Of a DNA stretch of 64,000 nt, positions 8,007 to 18,295 are shown one piece after another (within the stretch, counting starts at the first letter, position 1; each line of letters opens with the position of its first letter). The stretch comes from an uncultured Erysipelotrichaceae bacterium. Its GTDB lineage: Bacteria > Bacillota_I > Bacilli_A > RFN20 > CAG-826. The position numbers were made by a program, and so were the translations under genes. The notes under the pieces are model-generated. The model saw only the letters and a program-made list of their open reading frames with translations. It had not been told where the DNA came from and did not search any database. The stretch lies in contig CADBNT010000064.1 in NCBI GenBank assembly GCA_902796125.1, positions 698-64,697 of the forward strand, in the 5' to 3' direction.

Positions 8007-10408
8007 AATTCACTTGTGTCCTTTAATGTGTATTTACCATTCTCATAGACAAGTGTGCCATCGTAATTGAATGCTGACTTATCAGCTTTACCGGTTATAT
8101 AGATGGTACATTTGTTTGTATTTGAGAATAGGTTTTCTGATCCAACTGTTGTAGCGCTACATCCAGTTGAAGAACCTGAATAAATAATTAATCTAGAGCC
8201 AGTAGTTGTAATATAAACAAAGCCACCACTTAATGCACTATTACTTGTTGAAGTAATGCTGTACATAGTTAATGTAGAAGCTCCAGATTGATAAGCGAAT
8301 CCACCAAAGTTTGTAGCCTCATTACCACTACCCGTTACGTTATTAAGTGTGCAATTCACGGATGCATAGACATAAAGTGCTCCACCATTGGTACTTGCTG
8401 TATTACCACTAAATGTAGCATTCTCAATGTTAGCAATTGCTGAATCTGTAACGTAAACAGCACCACCATTATTAGCGGAGTTAGTTGCAAAAGTATTTGT
8501 GCCTGATGTGCTAACAACTGCACTATTATTCGCATAGATAACGCCACCATATGCAACAGCATCATTGCTGGTGTAAGTATTGTTAGTTAAGGTGCATTCA
8601 CTTCCTTTGGTGATATATAAACAACCACCGTGACCATATTTGCTGCTTGGATTTAAAACAGCATGGTTACTAGTGAATGAAGAACCACTAATACTCATAA
8701 TCACATGTCTTGCATAAGTTTCATCTTCATTATCATTACCAGCACCAACTGCGCCACCTAAAGCACCTGTATTATTTGTAAAACTACAATTAGAAAAAAC
8801 GATGTATCTTGAAGGTGTTGATCCATCAGCAGAACCATAGTAAGCATAGACAGCGCCACCTTTAGAGGTACAAACGTTATTCTCATAGGATGTACTAACG
8901 GAATTTAAAACGCCTTTGCAAGCAATGGCTCCACCATTGCTAACTGTTTCGTTTCCATAGAATCTAGCGTTAACAATATATAAGTTTGCATTTAAAGCAA
9001 TAAATATTGCTCCGCCGCTAGCTTCAGATGAATTGTTAATAAAGGCAATATCATTTGCGTTTTCACCAACAAAGTGGCAATCACAATATTGAGAATCCGC
9101 TAAATAAATGGCACCACCATATTTGTTTGCTAAGTTTTCATCAAATGTTGCAGTAACAATATTTAGTGGTCTAACTGTATAAATGACTCCACCATAGGTG
9201 GCGCTATTATTTCTAAATGTTCCACTTAAGATACTTGTTTCACCAATGGTGTAAATAGCTCCGCCAACAGATGATTTATCAATAGTGTCACAAACACTGT
9301 TATGGTGGAAATAACCACCATCAATTACTAATGTTGCGAAAACGGTAATGATGCAAGATCCACCAACTCTTTCTGGAGTGGAGATATATTCTTCATCGCT
9401 TTCACTTCCATAGTTAAAAACTCTATCGTTATCAGTCTTTCTATTATTTGTAAAAATAACGCCTTCTTTAATGGTGGCATTAGAAAGGGAAGCAAGGAAT
9501 AAAACTGACCCTTTAACTACAACAGTAGGATTAGCTTCATCAGCATAGATTACATCTGCATTACCGTTAAATGTAAGTTCACCACCACTATACGTTTCAA
9601 TGGTTAATGAAGATTGAACGCCATCGATAATTGATTTGTGCCCATTTTCATCAATACCAACAACAAACATATCTCCACCAAAGGTGGTTTTTCTAGAAAT
9701 AGTAATTTCTTGAGAAGTAGTAAATGTCACAGAGTGATTGATATAAATAGTGCTATCAATCTCAATATTATTAGTAATATCAATTACTGGAACAGATGCT
9801 TCAATAGCGTTTCTAAGTTCAGCTTGAGTTGATACGGCAACTTTATCTGAATTTGAAACTCTATAAATAACTTTGTAGTTTTTATCTACTGAACCAGTAA
9901 TACAAAATGGGTGATCTTCTTCATCATAAAAGCCATTAAAGTAGCTTCCAACAGGTAAGGAAGGCAATTCTAAAGAATAATAACCATCCGCGTCGGAATA
10001 ATATTTCTTAATGAGTTCATCTGCTTCGTTATATAAAGAAATAACAAAGCCAGTTAATTTACTTACTGGAGAAGATTCTTCATATCCACAGATAGTGCAT
10101 TCTCTTTGTTTTACTCCAGCTTCTTCATGAGTTGGCTCTATTACGTAATGCCAATCATTAAATGTATGAGCTTCGACTTCAGAAGGTTCACCACAAATTG
10201 TACATTCATGATAATGCCCTTCAGAGTTGGATTTCCAAACATCGGAATATGTATGGGTATGAGTAGGATCACCAGAAGTACTTGACTCTGATGTAGAACC
10301 AGAGGTAGAAGGATCACCAGAAGTACTACTATCTCCAGATGATCCACAACCCGTAAGTAAAAATGAAAAGGCTAATAGCGATAACAAATATTTAATTTGT
10401 TTATTCAT
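8003..10408 (-). CDS. Surface lipoprotein with parallel beta-helix / polymorphic-membrane-protein (Pmp) GGA[IV]-FxxN repeats
   Basis: Lipobox LLTGCGSS followed by a Ser/Thr-rich linker (STSGDPSTSGSTSESSTSGDP). More than 12 repeats of GGAIY/GGAVY/GGVIY interleaved with F(T/S)NN / FxxN. Two ECTICG motifs lie about 37 aa apart near the N-terminus. Confidence 0.7.
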   Translation of the reverse strand: MNKQIKYLLSLLAFSFLLTGCGSSGDSSTSGDPSTSGSTSESSTSGDPTHTHTYSDVWKSNSEGHYHECTICGEPSEVEAHTFNDWHYVIEPTHEEAGVKQRECTICGYEESSPVSKLTGFVISLYNEADELIKKYYSDADGYYSLELPSLPVGSYFNGFYDEEDHPFCITGSVDKNYKVIYRVSNSDKVAVSTQAELRNAIEASVPVIDITNNIEIDSTIYINHSVTFTTSQEITISRKTTFGGDMFVVGIDENGHKSIIDGVQSSLTIETYSGGELTFNGNADVIYADEANPTVVVKGSVLFLASLSNATIKEGVIFTNNRKTDNDRVFNYGSESDEEYISTPERVGGSCIITVFATLVIDGGYFHHNSVCDTIDKSSVGGAIYTIGETSILSGTFRNNSATYGGVIYTVRPLNIVTATFDENLANKYGGAIYLADSQYCDCHFVGENANDIAFINNSSEASGGAIFIALNANLYIVNARFYGNETVSNGGAIACKGVLNSVSTSYENNVCTSKGGAVYAYYGSADGSTPSRYIVFSNCSFTNNTGALGGAVGAGNDNEDETYARHVIMSISGSSFTSNHAVLNPSSKYGHGGCLYITKGSECTLTNNTYTSNDAVAYGGVIYANNSAVVSTSGTNTFATNSANNGGAVYVTDSAIANIENATFSGNTASTNGGALYVYASVNCTLNNVTGSGNEATNFGGFAYQSGASTLTMYSITSTSNSALSGGFVYITTTGSRLIIYSGSSTGCSATTVGSENLFSNTNKCTIYITGKADKSAFNYDGTLVYENGKYTLKDTSEL

Positions 10409-10465
10409 TTAGGTCTCCTCATTTCTCCTATATAGTATGGGTTAAATTATATTTATGCAAATAGT

Positions 10466-11563
10466 TTAGTTTTGTTTATGTTTAACTTTGCTAAACAAAT
10501 ATGAGTAAAGGAATTGTTTCTTACCTGTAAACCAAGGTATAAGACAATCTGCTATAAAGCAAACAGGAATATAAACTAGTAATAAAGCAAGAGCGAAAGC
10601 TGGAACGACAAACGATATTGCAAAGTTCGTATTGAAACCAATTTCAGTAACATAATTTCTAAATAGCCATACAGGCCCAATTGTAGCAACGAAATGCGTT
10701 CCCATAATAAAGACGGAGTTCTTGCCCCAAAGGTTAATAAAATATAAAAAGTTTATCTTGGATAAAAGCATTGAAGCCAAGATAAAGAATACCGATCCAA
10801 ATAAACCAGAAATTAAGAACAAACCATATTTCCCTAAGTTAAATGAATACACGGAAACATATGAATTAAGAAACACGCCAAATAAAATCCATAAACCAGC
10901 AGAGATAATCGCGGTTATGACGTAGTATCTTTTCTTAATTTTGAAACCAGCCTTTAAGAAGTCTCTAATTAAAGAACCAGCAATAAAAAATGGAGCAATG
11001 CAAATCATTCTATTCATTCCAAATGGAATAAAGACTTTATAGTGATAGGTGACAAAGCCAAGAATGATAAACATTACTAACCAGATTATTTTTTCAAATA
11101 CGCCATCACCAATTCTAAACAAGGCATACATCACTAGGTATAGTTCAAATAAGATGAGAAGGAAGTACACTGGCTTGTTGCAATAAATCTCACCATTCCA
11201 TAAAGTGAATGACTCTAATGCGACCTGTGGATCAGAAAAGACGTTTTTATAAAACGTATATCCAACAATAATTGCTAACACAATAAAGAATAGAAGAGGA
11301 ATAAAAACTCTTTTAATTTTGTTTATTAAAAAGGGCAAAAATCGTTTTCCTTTAGTATTAAAGACTAAGCCAGATAAAACAAAAAAGAATGGGACATGGA
11401 ATGAATAAATAGCGTTAAGCACTTCTCTATTAGGACAAACATACCAAAGATGACCAAGTACAACTAAAAAGATGCCAAGACCTTTTGCGAAATCAATCCA
11501 AGCAATATGGTTCGTTCCATCCCCTTTTCTAGAGAAGTAATTCTTAATGAATGTTAATTCCAT
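10466..11563 (-). CDS. Acyltransferase family 3 (membrane O-acyltransferase)
   Basis: 365 aa, about 10 TM helices. The N-terminal segment ...NHIAWIDFAKGLGIFLVVLGH is characteristic of Acyl_transf_3. Confidence 0.8.
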   Translation of the reverse strand: MELTFIKNYFSRKGDGTNHIAWIDFAKGLGIFLVVLGHLWYVCPNREVLNAIYSFHVPFFFVLSGLVFNTKGKRFLPFLINKIKRVFIPLLFFIVLAIIVGYTFYKNVFSDPQVALESFTLWNGEIYCNKPVYFLLILFELYLVMYALFRIGDGVFEKIIWLVMFIILGFVTYHYKVFIPFGMNRMICIAPFFIAGSLIRDFLKAGFKIKKRYYVITAIISAGLWILFGVFLNSYVSVYSFNLGKYGLFLISGLFGSVFFILASMLLSKINFLYFINLWGKNSVFIMGTHFVATIGPVWLFRNYVTEIGFNTNFAISFVVPAFALALLLVYIPVCFIADCLIPWFTGKKQFLYSYLFSKVKHKQN

Positions 11564-11651
11564 AACTAGTGGTCTTCACTATATCATAGAAATAGCATTC
11601 ATGCTACAAAGCAAATATAAAAAGAGGATTGCTGACCAATCCTCGTTTTCT

Positions 11652-12548
11652 TTATCGATATGTATCATCCAGTTGTTTAAGCTCGTTGAATGTATCAATT
11701 TCGATGATGTCATCGAATGAGCATTCTCTTACGCTGACTTTGAAATCCTTTAAACAGTATTCAAGAGGAACTTGATCCCAATATCTTTCTTTACCGCCTG
11801 GAGATTGGAAGACTTTCTTCGCATCGACGAATAACTTCTTGCCATCTTCCTTTGTCCAATAGGAAATGCCAACCATTTGATAGCAATTCTCACCACCAAT
11901 AGACATCTTTTTAACATATCCATCTTCAGTGACAAAGCACCAATCATCTGTTCTTTTAACAGGTATACCTAAATAATTAGAAGAATACTGATATTTTTTA
12001 ATAATCTTCTTGTTATAAACAAGGAGGTCAGCCTCAATAACATAAGCGTTTTGTAATAAATCACCAGCGCAGACAATTGAGGAAAGGTTATTAGCCTCGT
12101 TGTACATTGGGTTTTCAATAAACTTAATATTTGGATACTTATAGAGAAGTTGATCGAATTGTTCACCAAGGTAACCTCTAATAATGTATACCTCTTCAAT
12201 TCCAATTTCTTTTAAAGCATCTAGACTTGAATCGATAATCCTACTCCCTTTAACTCTAACAAGCGGTTTTGGAGTATTCAAAGTTATAGGAACCATTCTT
12301 GAGCCGAAACCAGCGGCAATGATAATGGCTCTTTTAACGCGGTAGTTTTGCATCTCTTCGATACCTTTAGATGTAATCGCATTATTAGAAACAAAGCCAA
12401 GTTCGGATAATTCTTTTAGAACCTTATTAATTGTACCTAGAGATAAACCGGTTTTTTCAGAAATATCTCTTTGAGATAATTTATCATTATTGTCAATAAG
12501 ACATTCAAGGACATCAAACTGTTTTCTTGTTAGCATATTTATTACCAA
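11652..12548 (-). CDS. LicC-like sugar-phosphate/phospho-headgroup nucleotidyltransferase fused to an N-terminal winged-HTH
   Basis: Residues 1-60 form a MarR-like HTH (LSQRDISEKTGLSLGTINKVLKEL). The remainder carries the LicC/NTP_transferase motif RAIIIAAGFGSRMVPITLNTPKPLV. The annotated start overlaps the permease end by 35 nt; the true start may be a downstream Met. Confidence 0.65.
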   Translation of the reverse strand: MVINMLTRKQFDVLECLIDNNDKLSQRDISEKTGLSLGTINKVLKELSELGFVSNNAITSKGIEEMQNYRVKRAIIIAAGFGSRMVPITLNTPKPLVRVKGSRIIDSSLDALKEIGIEEVYIIRGYLGEQFDQLLYKYPNIKFIENPMYNEANNLSSIVCAGDLLQNAYVIEADLLVYNKKIIKKYQYSSNYLGIPVKRTDDWCFVTEDGYVKKMSIGGENCYQMVGISYWTKEDGKKLFVDAKKVFQSPGGKERYWDQVPLEYCLKDFKVSVRECSFDDIIEIDTFNELKQLDDTYR

Positions 12549-14127
12549 TAGTTCTTATTAAGTAAACTATTCCTTTCATTAACATATTAATGACTAAGAT
12601 GAGAAGGGCAACAACCGCTGCACATTCCATCATGTTATAAGTTTCAAATTGGTTAATTAATAATGAGATTGGTTTATTTGATGGAGTAGCGAGGAACGAT
12701 ACTGCCGAAATGGTCATCATTGAGTTCACAAAGAAGTATGAAAACATTTCCACCAAAGTGTATTTACATTGTGGGATTAAAACATTGAAGACTATTCTCG
12801 CTCTTTTAATGCCAAGAATATGACCAACTTCTTCTAAGTTTTCATTAAGCTTTCCAAAGGCGTTATAAATCATCAAATATGGAGAAGCAAAGAAGTGAAC
12901 GGTATTGACCATAATTAAGATAACAATCGTTCCGTAGATAAATGTCTTCTTAAAGATGATGACGTAAGCTAAACCAAGAACAAGTCCAGGAACCGCTAAG
13001 CTAACAATAGCCATGAGGTGAAGGAAGCTAGAGAACTTGGATTTAACTCTCGCTGCAAGATAAGCAGTCGCTGAAGCAATTGTCACACCCACTAACGAGG
13101 TTAAGAAGGCAATTAAAATGGAGTTACCCAGGAACTTCGCACCATTCTTCGAGAATGTATTTTCAAAATGCTTCCATGTGAAATCCATATTTGTTGGGTA
13201 AGTTGTCGCGAAAGCTTGAATAATAAACGAAGAGATAACAAGAAGAACTGCAATTGAGCAAAGGCTAACAATAACGTAACCGATAATGTCATTAACTCTA
13301 CTCTTCATGGTGTTTGTCTTTTGAACATAACCACTGTTGCCTTTGTCTTTGTTAAATAAGTCAAATAAGAAAGCCACTAAAGCAGGAACTAGTAAAACTA
13401 GACCAATAACACTTCCTGTTGAATAGTTAAGTTGTCCAACTGCATCTTCATAAAGCATGACTGGAAGAGTTTTGAATTTACCACCAATAGACAAGGTAAC
13501 CCCGTAGTCAGTTACGATCATCGTAAAGACAGCAAAGATAACGGAAATCATTGGCTTTCTAATATATGGGAAAGTTATAGATGTAAATTGTCTATATTTA
13601 GGAATGCCTAAAACATCTGCAGCTTCATACGGAGTGTGATCTTCATACTTTAAGATATCCGCAATCATAATAAAAGCAATTGGAAAAGAGTATAAAACAG
13701 AACCTGTAACGACGCCCCAGAAACCATAGATTGATTCGGTTAATCCAAATAGTCTAGTGATAATACCATTATTGCCAAAAAGAATGATTAAACCCATACC
13801 ATGAGAGATGGATGGAATGAGCATTGGAAGAGTAATTAAGATTGTGAATAAATACTTAACTTTAATATTGGTCCTTGTGATAGCCCACGCTAAAGCGTAG
13901 CCAAGCACAATAGATATCGCAGTCGCGACAAGTGTGGATGTAAATGAGTTAAGTAGATAAGTATAGAAAAGTTCCGAGCCAAAAACATTTTGGAGTGACT
14001 CCAAATCCATGTAAAAAATCATTCTAATAATAGGCACAACGATAATTGTGAAAAGAATGATACCGATGAGAACTTTGCTTAAGTTTCTCATCTTAAAGAA
14101 TGTTTTTAGTCTTAAAGCAAAACTCAT
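12514..14127 (-). CDS. ABC transporter permease, fused double BPD_transp_1 (Fe3+/thiamine/aminoethylphosphonate-type)
   Basis: 537 aa with about 12 TM helices in two repeated halves. It overlaps the ATPase gene by 4 nt. Confidence 0.75.
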   Translation of the reverse strand: MSFALRLKTFFKMRNLSKVLIGIILFTIIVVPIIRMIFYMDLESLQNVFGSELFYTYLLNSFTSTLVATAISIVLGYALAWAITRTNIKVKYLFTILITLPMLIPSISHGMGLIILFGNNGIITRLFGLTESIYGFWGVVTGSVLYSFPIAFIMIADILKYEDHTPYEAADVLGIPKYRQFTSITFPYIRKPMISVIFAVFTMIVTDYGVTLSIGGKFKTLPVMLYEDAVGQLNYSTGSVIGLVLLVPALVAFLFDLFNKDKGNSGYVQKTNTMKSRVNDIIGYVIVSLCSIAVLLVISSFIIQAFATTYPTNMDFTWKHFENTFSKNGAKFLGNSILIAFLTSLVGVTIASATAYLAARVKSKFSSFLHLMAIVSLAVPGLVLGLAYVIIFKKTFIYGTIVILIMVNTVHFFASPYLMIYNAFGKLNENLEEVGHILGIKRARIVFNVLIPQCKYTLVEMFSYFFVNSMMTISAVSFLATPSNKPISLLINQFETYNMMECAAVVALLILVINMLMKGIVYLIRTIGNKYANKKTV

Positions 14128-14888
14128 TTTTTCTTCGAAACTCCAATATATTTAGAGAGGGAATCAATTTTGATTTTTAAGTTTTCAACAACGAATTTTT
14201 CAACGTATTCGTTTGCAGGATGCTTGATGATGTTTTCTGGAGTATCAAGTTGAACTGCAACGGATGTATCCATAACAAGAATGCGATCAGACATAGCGAA
14301 AGCTTCTTCTTGGTCATGAGTAATGTAAATCATCGTTGTTCCATATTCTTTTTGAATATCCTTTAACTCTTTTCTTAAAGAAAGACGAGTCGCAACGTCT
14401 AGAGCAGACATTGGTTCATCAAAAAGAATAATGTCAGGGTTAAGCGCTAAAGTTCTAGCAATAGCAACTCTTTGTTGTTGACCACCAGATAAGGCACTTG
14501 GCTTTTTGTTAATGTGTTCACTTAAGCCCATCTTTTCAATGAGTTTAGTAGCAACTTCCCTAGCGGTTGCTCTAGTCTCTTTTTTAATCTTTAAGGCATA
14601 CTCGACGTTGCCAAGTACGGTCATATTTTCAAAAAGAGCATAGTTTTGGAAGACAAAGCCCATCTTTCTTGCAGATGGAACAACATTTGTAATGTCCTTA
14701 CCATCTTTAAGAATTTGGCCTGATGTTGGTTTAACTAAACCAATAAGCATTCTTAAAAGAGTTGTCTTGCCACAACCGGACGGTCCAAGAATGGAAAGAA
14801 ACTCTCCTTCATTAACACTAAAAGAGACGTTTTTAACCGCCTCTTTTGTGTCGAATGTTTTTGATAAGTTCTTAATCTCCAACTTCAT
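14124..14888 (-). CDS. ABC transporter ATP-binding protein
   Basis: Walker A GPSGCGKTT, ABC signature LSGGQQQRVAIAR, and Walker B ILFDEP. Confidence 0.9.
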   Translation of the reverse strand: MKLEIKNLSKTFDTKEAVKNVSFSVNEGEFLSILGPSGCGKTTLLRMLIGLVKPTSGQILKDGKDITNVVPSARKMGFVFQNYALFENMTVLGNVEYALKIKKETRATAREVATKLIEKMGLSEHINKKPSALSGGQQQRVAIARTLALNPDIILFDEPMSALDVATRLSLRKELKDIQKEYGTTMIYITHDQEEAFAMSDRILVMDTSVAVQLDTPENIIKHPANEYVEKFVVENLKIKIDSLSKYIGVSKKK

Positions 14889-14894
14889 AATTGA

Positions 14895-15893
14895 TTAGTG
14901 AGTCCATTTAGCAAGCAAAGCTTCTTTGTTTGTTAAATTGTTGCCTTCCATATCAGCATAGTGAATATTTTTTGGGAAGTTTGGAACTTGATAGTCTCTA
15001 TCTTTGAGAACTGGTTCTGGATAATAGAGCTTGTTTGATTCATCTGTATAGAATGAATCTAAGTAATCGAAGACATCTTTGACAGCTGTGTTAGCTTTCT
15101 TACCTTTAACAATGCCATTACCGTAGAGGTTAAATGGTGCGCCTTCTTCAAAGAATAAGACTTCGAGATCGGTGTTGCCATCATTAATCTTGGTAACTGC
15201 TTGTGAGATCATGCCGAATCCAACTGCAACTTCTTTATTAATAAGAGCGTTAACTGGACCGGAACCACTTGATGTGTAAGCAAGAACGTTTGGTGTTAAA
15301 TCATCAAAATAGTCTAATGCAGCATCTTCACCCCAAGCTTTGACTAATGAATATAAGAACATATAGCCAGTACCGGAGGATTTTGGAGAAGCCATAGAAA
15401 CTAAACCATGATAGGCTGGATTAAGTAAATCAGCATATGAAGTTGGTTTTGCTAAGCCTCTTTCTTGTAAAACAGCATTATTAACGATAACGCCACCACC
15501 AGTTCTACAACCAGCTAAGACATAGTCTTTGGTTGTGTCTGGAAGAGTATCCTCTAAGTATCTAGAAAGATCATAGTCGCCTTTGATTGAATCTAAGGCA
15601 CCTGCAGCGATCATCTTTTCCATATAGCCATATTCTTCCATATAGACGATGTCACAGTCAGAGCTTGCGCCTTCTTCAACAATCTTGGCACCGATGTTGC
15701 TTGTAGACATGTATTCGATAACGATTTCATAATCTGGGAATTTTTTGTCTAAGCATTCTTGAAGGTAAGCCATGTTATAGTCTTCAGTTGAAGTATAGAT
15801 GGTAACCTTTTGTTTGCCACCGCTACATGCGACAGCAGCAATTGAAGCGCCTGCAATAAGAAGAGCGCTAATTGTTTTTGTAATTTTGTTCAT
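14895..15893 (-). CDS. ABC transporter substrate-binding lipoprotein
   Basis: Signal peptide with lipobox AAVACSGG. 332 aa, with the two-lobe periplasmic-binding-protein composition typical of the Fe3+/AEP/thiamine cluster. It is the first gene of the SBP–ATPase–permease–LicC string. Confidence 0.7.
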   Translation of the reverse strand: MNKITKTISALLIAGASIAAVACSGGKQKVTIYTSTEDYNMAYLQECLDKKFPDYEIVIEYMSTSNIGAKIVEEGASSDCDIVYMEEYGYMEKMIAAGALDSIKGDYDLSRYLEDTLPDTTKDYVLAGCRTGGGVIVNNAVLQERGLAKPTSYADLLNPAYHGLVSMASPKSSGTGYMFLYSLVKAWGEDAALDYFDDLTPNVLAYTSSGSGPVNALINKEVAVGFGMISQAVTKINDGNTDLEVLFFEEGAPFNLYGNGIVKGKKANTAVKDVFDYLDSFYTDESNKLYYPEPVLKDRDYQVPNFPKNIHYADMEGNNLTNKEALLAKWTH

Positions 15894-16068
15894 TTTTTTC
15901 TCCTATAAATAATGGGGATTTTTGATAAGAGAATTTTACAGTCGAATAATTCTCATGTGTTCAAAAACGGTGATAGTTTAGAACTTTTTGAACATTTCGT
16001 CAATACTTTTGTGAAAAAATATTTAGATTATCTTTGCTTGTTTATTATATATAGAATTAATTAATATG

Positions 16069-16109
16069 AAAAAAGTCTCCTCAATTGTTCATTTTTTACT
16101 AGAGGAGAC
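16069..16109 (-). terminator. Candidate rho-independent terminator downstream of the epimerase gene
   Basis: GTCTCCTC (16075-16082) / GAGGAGAC (16102-16109) form an 8-bp stem. On the minus transcript it is followed by UUUUUU (plus-strand A-run 16069-16074). Confidence 0.5.
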
Positions 16110-16128
16110 AATTTTCTAAACTGATTAT

Positions 16129-17190
16129 TTATTTATGGGATTTGACGTAGAAACTATAATACCACTCCGCAAATTTTCTTAATCCTTCTCTCAAAGATGT
16201 AGAAGGCTTATAACCAAAGTCTTTTTCCAAATCACTTGTATCAGCATATGTAATAGGTACATCGCCTTTTTGCATTGGCACAAGTTTCTTATGTGCCTCA
16301 AAGTCATAGTCCTTTGGAAGCACCCCTGCTCTAACAAGTTCTTCAGAAAGGATTTGAACGAAATCTAATAGATTTTCTGGATGATTATTGCCAATGTTAT
16401 AGACTTTATATGGAGGAATTGGTAAACCATCTTCTCCGTTTTTCTTTTCAGGAGCTTTGTTCATAACGCGAACAATACCTTCCACGATATCGTCTACGTA
16501 AGTAAAGTCTCTCTTACAATTACCGAAGTTAAAGATTTCAATGCTTTCACCTTTAATTAGTTTGTTGGTAAAACCAAAATAGGCCATATCTGGTCTACCC
16601 ATTGGGCCATAAACGGTGAAGAATCTTAATCCGGTGCAAGGAATGTTATAGAGCTTGCTATATGCATGCGCGAGTAGTTCATCAGTCTTCTTAGTCGCTG
16701 CATATAAGCTAACTGGGTTATCAACTTTGTCATTCGTAGAGAACGGAACCTTTGTATTACCGCCATAGACAGACGAGGAAGAAGCATAAACAAGGTGTTC
16801 AACTGGATTATATCTGCAAGCCTCTAAGATGTTATAAAAACCAATGATGTTGGATTGAATATAAACATCTGGGTGATCAATGGAATATCTAACCCCTGCT
16901 TGAGCAGCGAGATTCACCACTACATCGAACTTGTATTCTTTAAATAACTTATCGATAAATGGTTTGTCAGAGATATCACCTTTGATAAATTCAAAGTTCT
17001 TATATCCTTTGAGCATTTCAAGTCTCGCATCTTTAAGCGAAACATCGTAATAGTTATTGACGTTATCAACACCAATAATTCTGTCTTTAGAAGTTTCTAA
17101 AAGGCGCTTGCACAAGAAGCTTCCAATAAAACCAACAGCACCTGTAACTAAAATCGTTTTCATACTATTTAATGTTCTCCCATATATCAT
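16129..17190 (-). CDS. NAD-dependent epimerase, UDP-glucuronate 4-epimerase-like
   Basis: Rossmann motif VTGAVGFIGSFLCKRLL and the segment VDNVNNYYDVSLKDARLEML typical of Cap1J/GlaKP-type UDP-GlcA epimerases. YAATK catalytic motif. Confidence 0.7.
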   Translation of the reverse strand: MIYGRTLNSMKTILVTGAVGFIGSFLCKRLLETSKDRIIGVDNVNNYYDVSLKDARLEMLKGYKNFEFIKGDISDKPFIDKLFKEYKFDVVVNLAAQAGVRYSIDHPDVYIQSNIIGFYNILEACRYNPVEHLVYASSSSVYGGNTKVPFSTNDKVDNPVSLYAATKKTDELLAHAYSKLYNIPCTGLRFFTVYGPMGRPDMAYFGFTNKLIKGESIEIFNFGNCKRDFTYVDDIVEGIVRVMNKAPEKKNGEDGLPIPPYKVYNIGNNHPENLLDFVQILSEELVRAGVLPKDYDFEAHKKLVPMQKGDVPITYADTSDLEKDFGYKPSTSLREGLRKFAEWYYSFYVKSHK

Positions 17191-18295
17191 TTAATGAGTT
17201 TTCAGTTCCTGAACCAAAAACAGTTTCATATTTCTTTTGGAATTCTACCACTACTTCTGGAGTTTTACTCCAATCGTGAGCGGCAACCATCTTAAGCATT
17301 TCCTCTTCATCACCAGAAGATGGAAGTTCTTTACGAATATCAAAATATAGGCCTCTATTTTCTTGATATGCATCATAGTCATAGGTCCAAAGATAGATTG
17401 GCTTATGCATAATGCAATAATCAAAGATTATTCCTGAATAGTCCGAAACAAGTAAGTCTGCAGCAATCATAAGATCTTCAACAACTTCATACTTAGTGAC
17501 ATCGATGAAGAAATCATCATCCTTCTTATCGCTATAAGAGACAATTGGATGTGCTCTATAAAGCAAGACATAGTCTTTGGAAAGATATTTACGCCACTTC
17601 TCAATATCCATGTTGAAAGTTTCTCTTAGAGATTTTTCTTCACGGTATGTAGGCGCATATAAGACGGCTTTCTTGTTTTCAGGAATGCCAAGTTTCTTTC
17701 TAAGTTCTTTACGATACTCTTCTGTGTAATGCACCAGGATATCATCCTTAGGGAAACCAAGGATTTTAATCTTCTCTGGTGGAATTTGGAAAAGCCTTCC
17801 ACAAATCATCTTCTCGTATTCACTTTGAGCAAGACAACAATCATATTTCATCTTGGCTTTAGAAGAGAATTTGTATTTCTTTAGATCTGGACCATCACAT
17901 TTAACAAGAACACCATGGGTGGTAAAGAAATAATAGGTATGTTTTCCCTTAAAATTTAGAGCTCTCTCCACCATGACGTTTGTGACCCAGCATCTCGCTC
18001 TTAAAGCGGTCTTATAATATTTAATCGTATCGATTCTGATTTTGTTTTCAACCTCAGGAAATTTCTTAGGATCAACAAAGCCCCAAACAAGTTTGTAGTC
18101 TTTATATCTTTCATCCTTAAGCATGGCTTCATAGATAACTCTTGGACTATCTGAATAGTGTCTTCCACCATAGCTAACGAAAAGGATTAGCTTGTTATCA
18201 GTTCTTACAAATAACTTTAGAAAGTTAACGAACAAAGAAAGAACGTGATAGTAGATGAAATACAAAAATTTACTTTTCTTAATTAGATTTTTCAT
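17165..18295 (-). CDS. CDP-glycerol glycerophosphotransferase (TagB/TagF family)
   Basis: 376 aa. The N-terminus KFLYFIYYHVLSLF...LILFVSYGGRHYSDSPRVIYEAM is typical of the TagF family. Confidence 0.75.
   Translation of the reverse strand: MKNLIKKSKFLYFIYYHVLSLFVNFLKLFVRTDNKLILFVSYGGRHYSDSPRVIYEAMLKDERYKDYKLVWGFVDPKKFPEVENKIRIDTIKYYKTALRARCWVTNVMVERALNFKGKHTYYFFTTHGVLVKCDGPDLKKYKFSSKAKMKYDCCLAQSEYEKMICGRLFQIPPEKIKILGFPKDDILVHYTEEYRKELRKKLGIPENKKAVLYAPTYREEKSLRETFNMDIEKWRKYLSKDYVLLYRAHPIVSYSDKKDDDFFIDVTKYEVVEDLMIAADLLVSDYSGIIFDYCIMHKPIYLWTYDYDAYQENRGLYFDIRKELPSSGDEEEMLKMVAAHDWSKTPEVVVEFQKKYETVFGSGTENSLNDIWENIK

Noticed and set aside
8356-10347. Small ORFs (64–69 aa) inside the Pmp-repeat lipoprotein gene
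   Set aside because: Internal or antisense frames of a repetitive gene.
15894-16068. Promoter for the ABC–LicC operon
   Set aside because: The AT-rich sequence offers many -10-like hexamers. I cannot single one out without a transcription start site.
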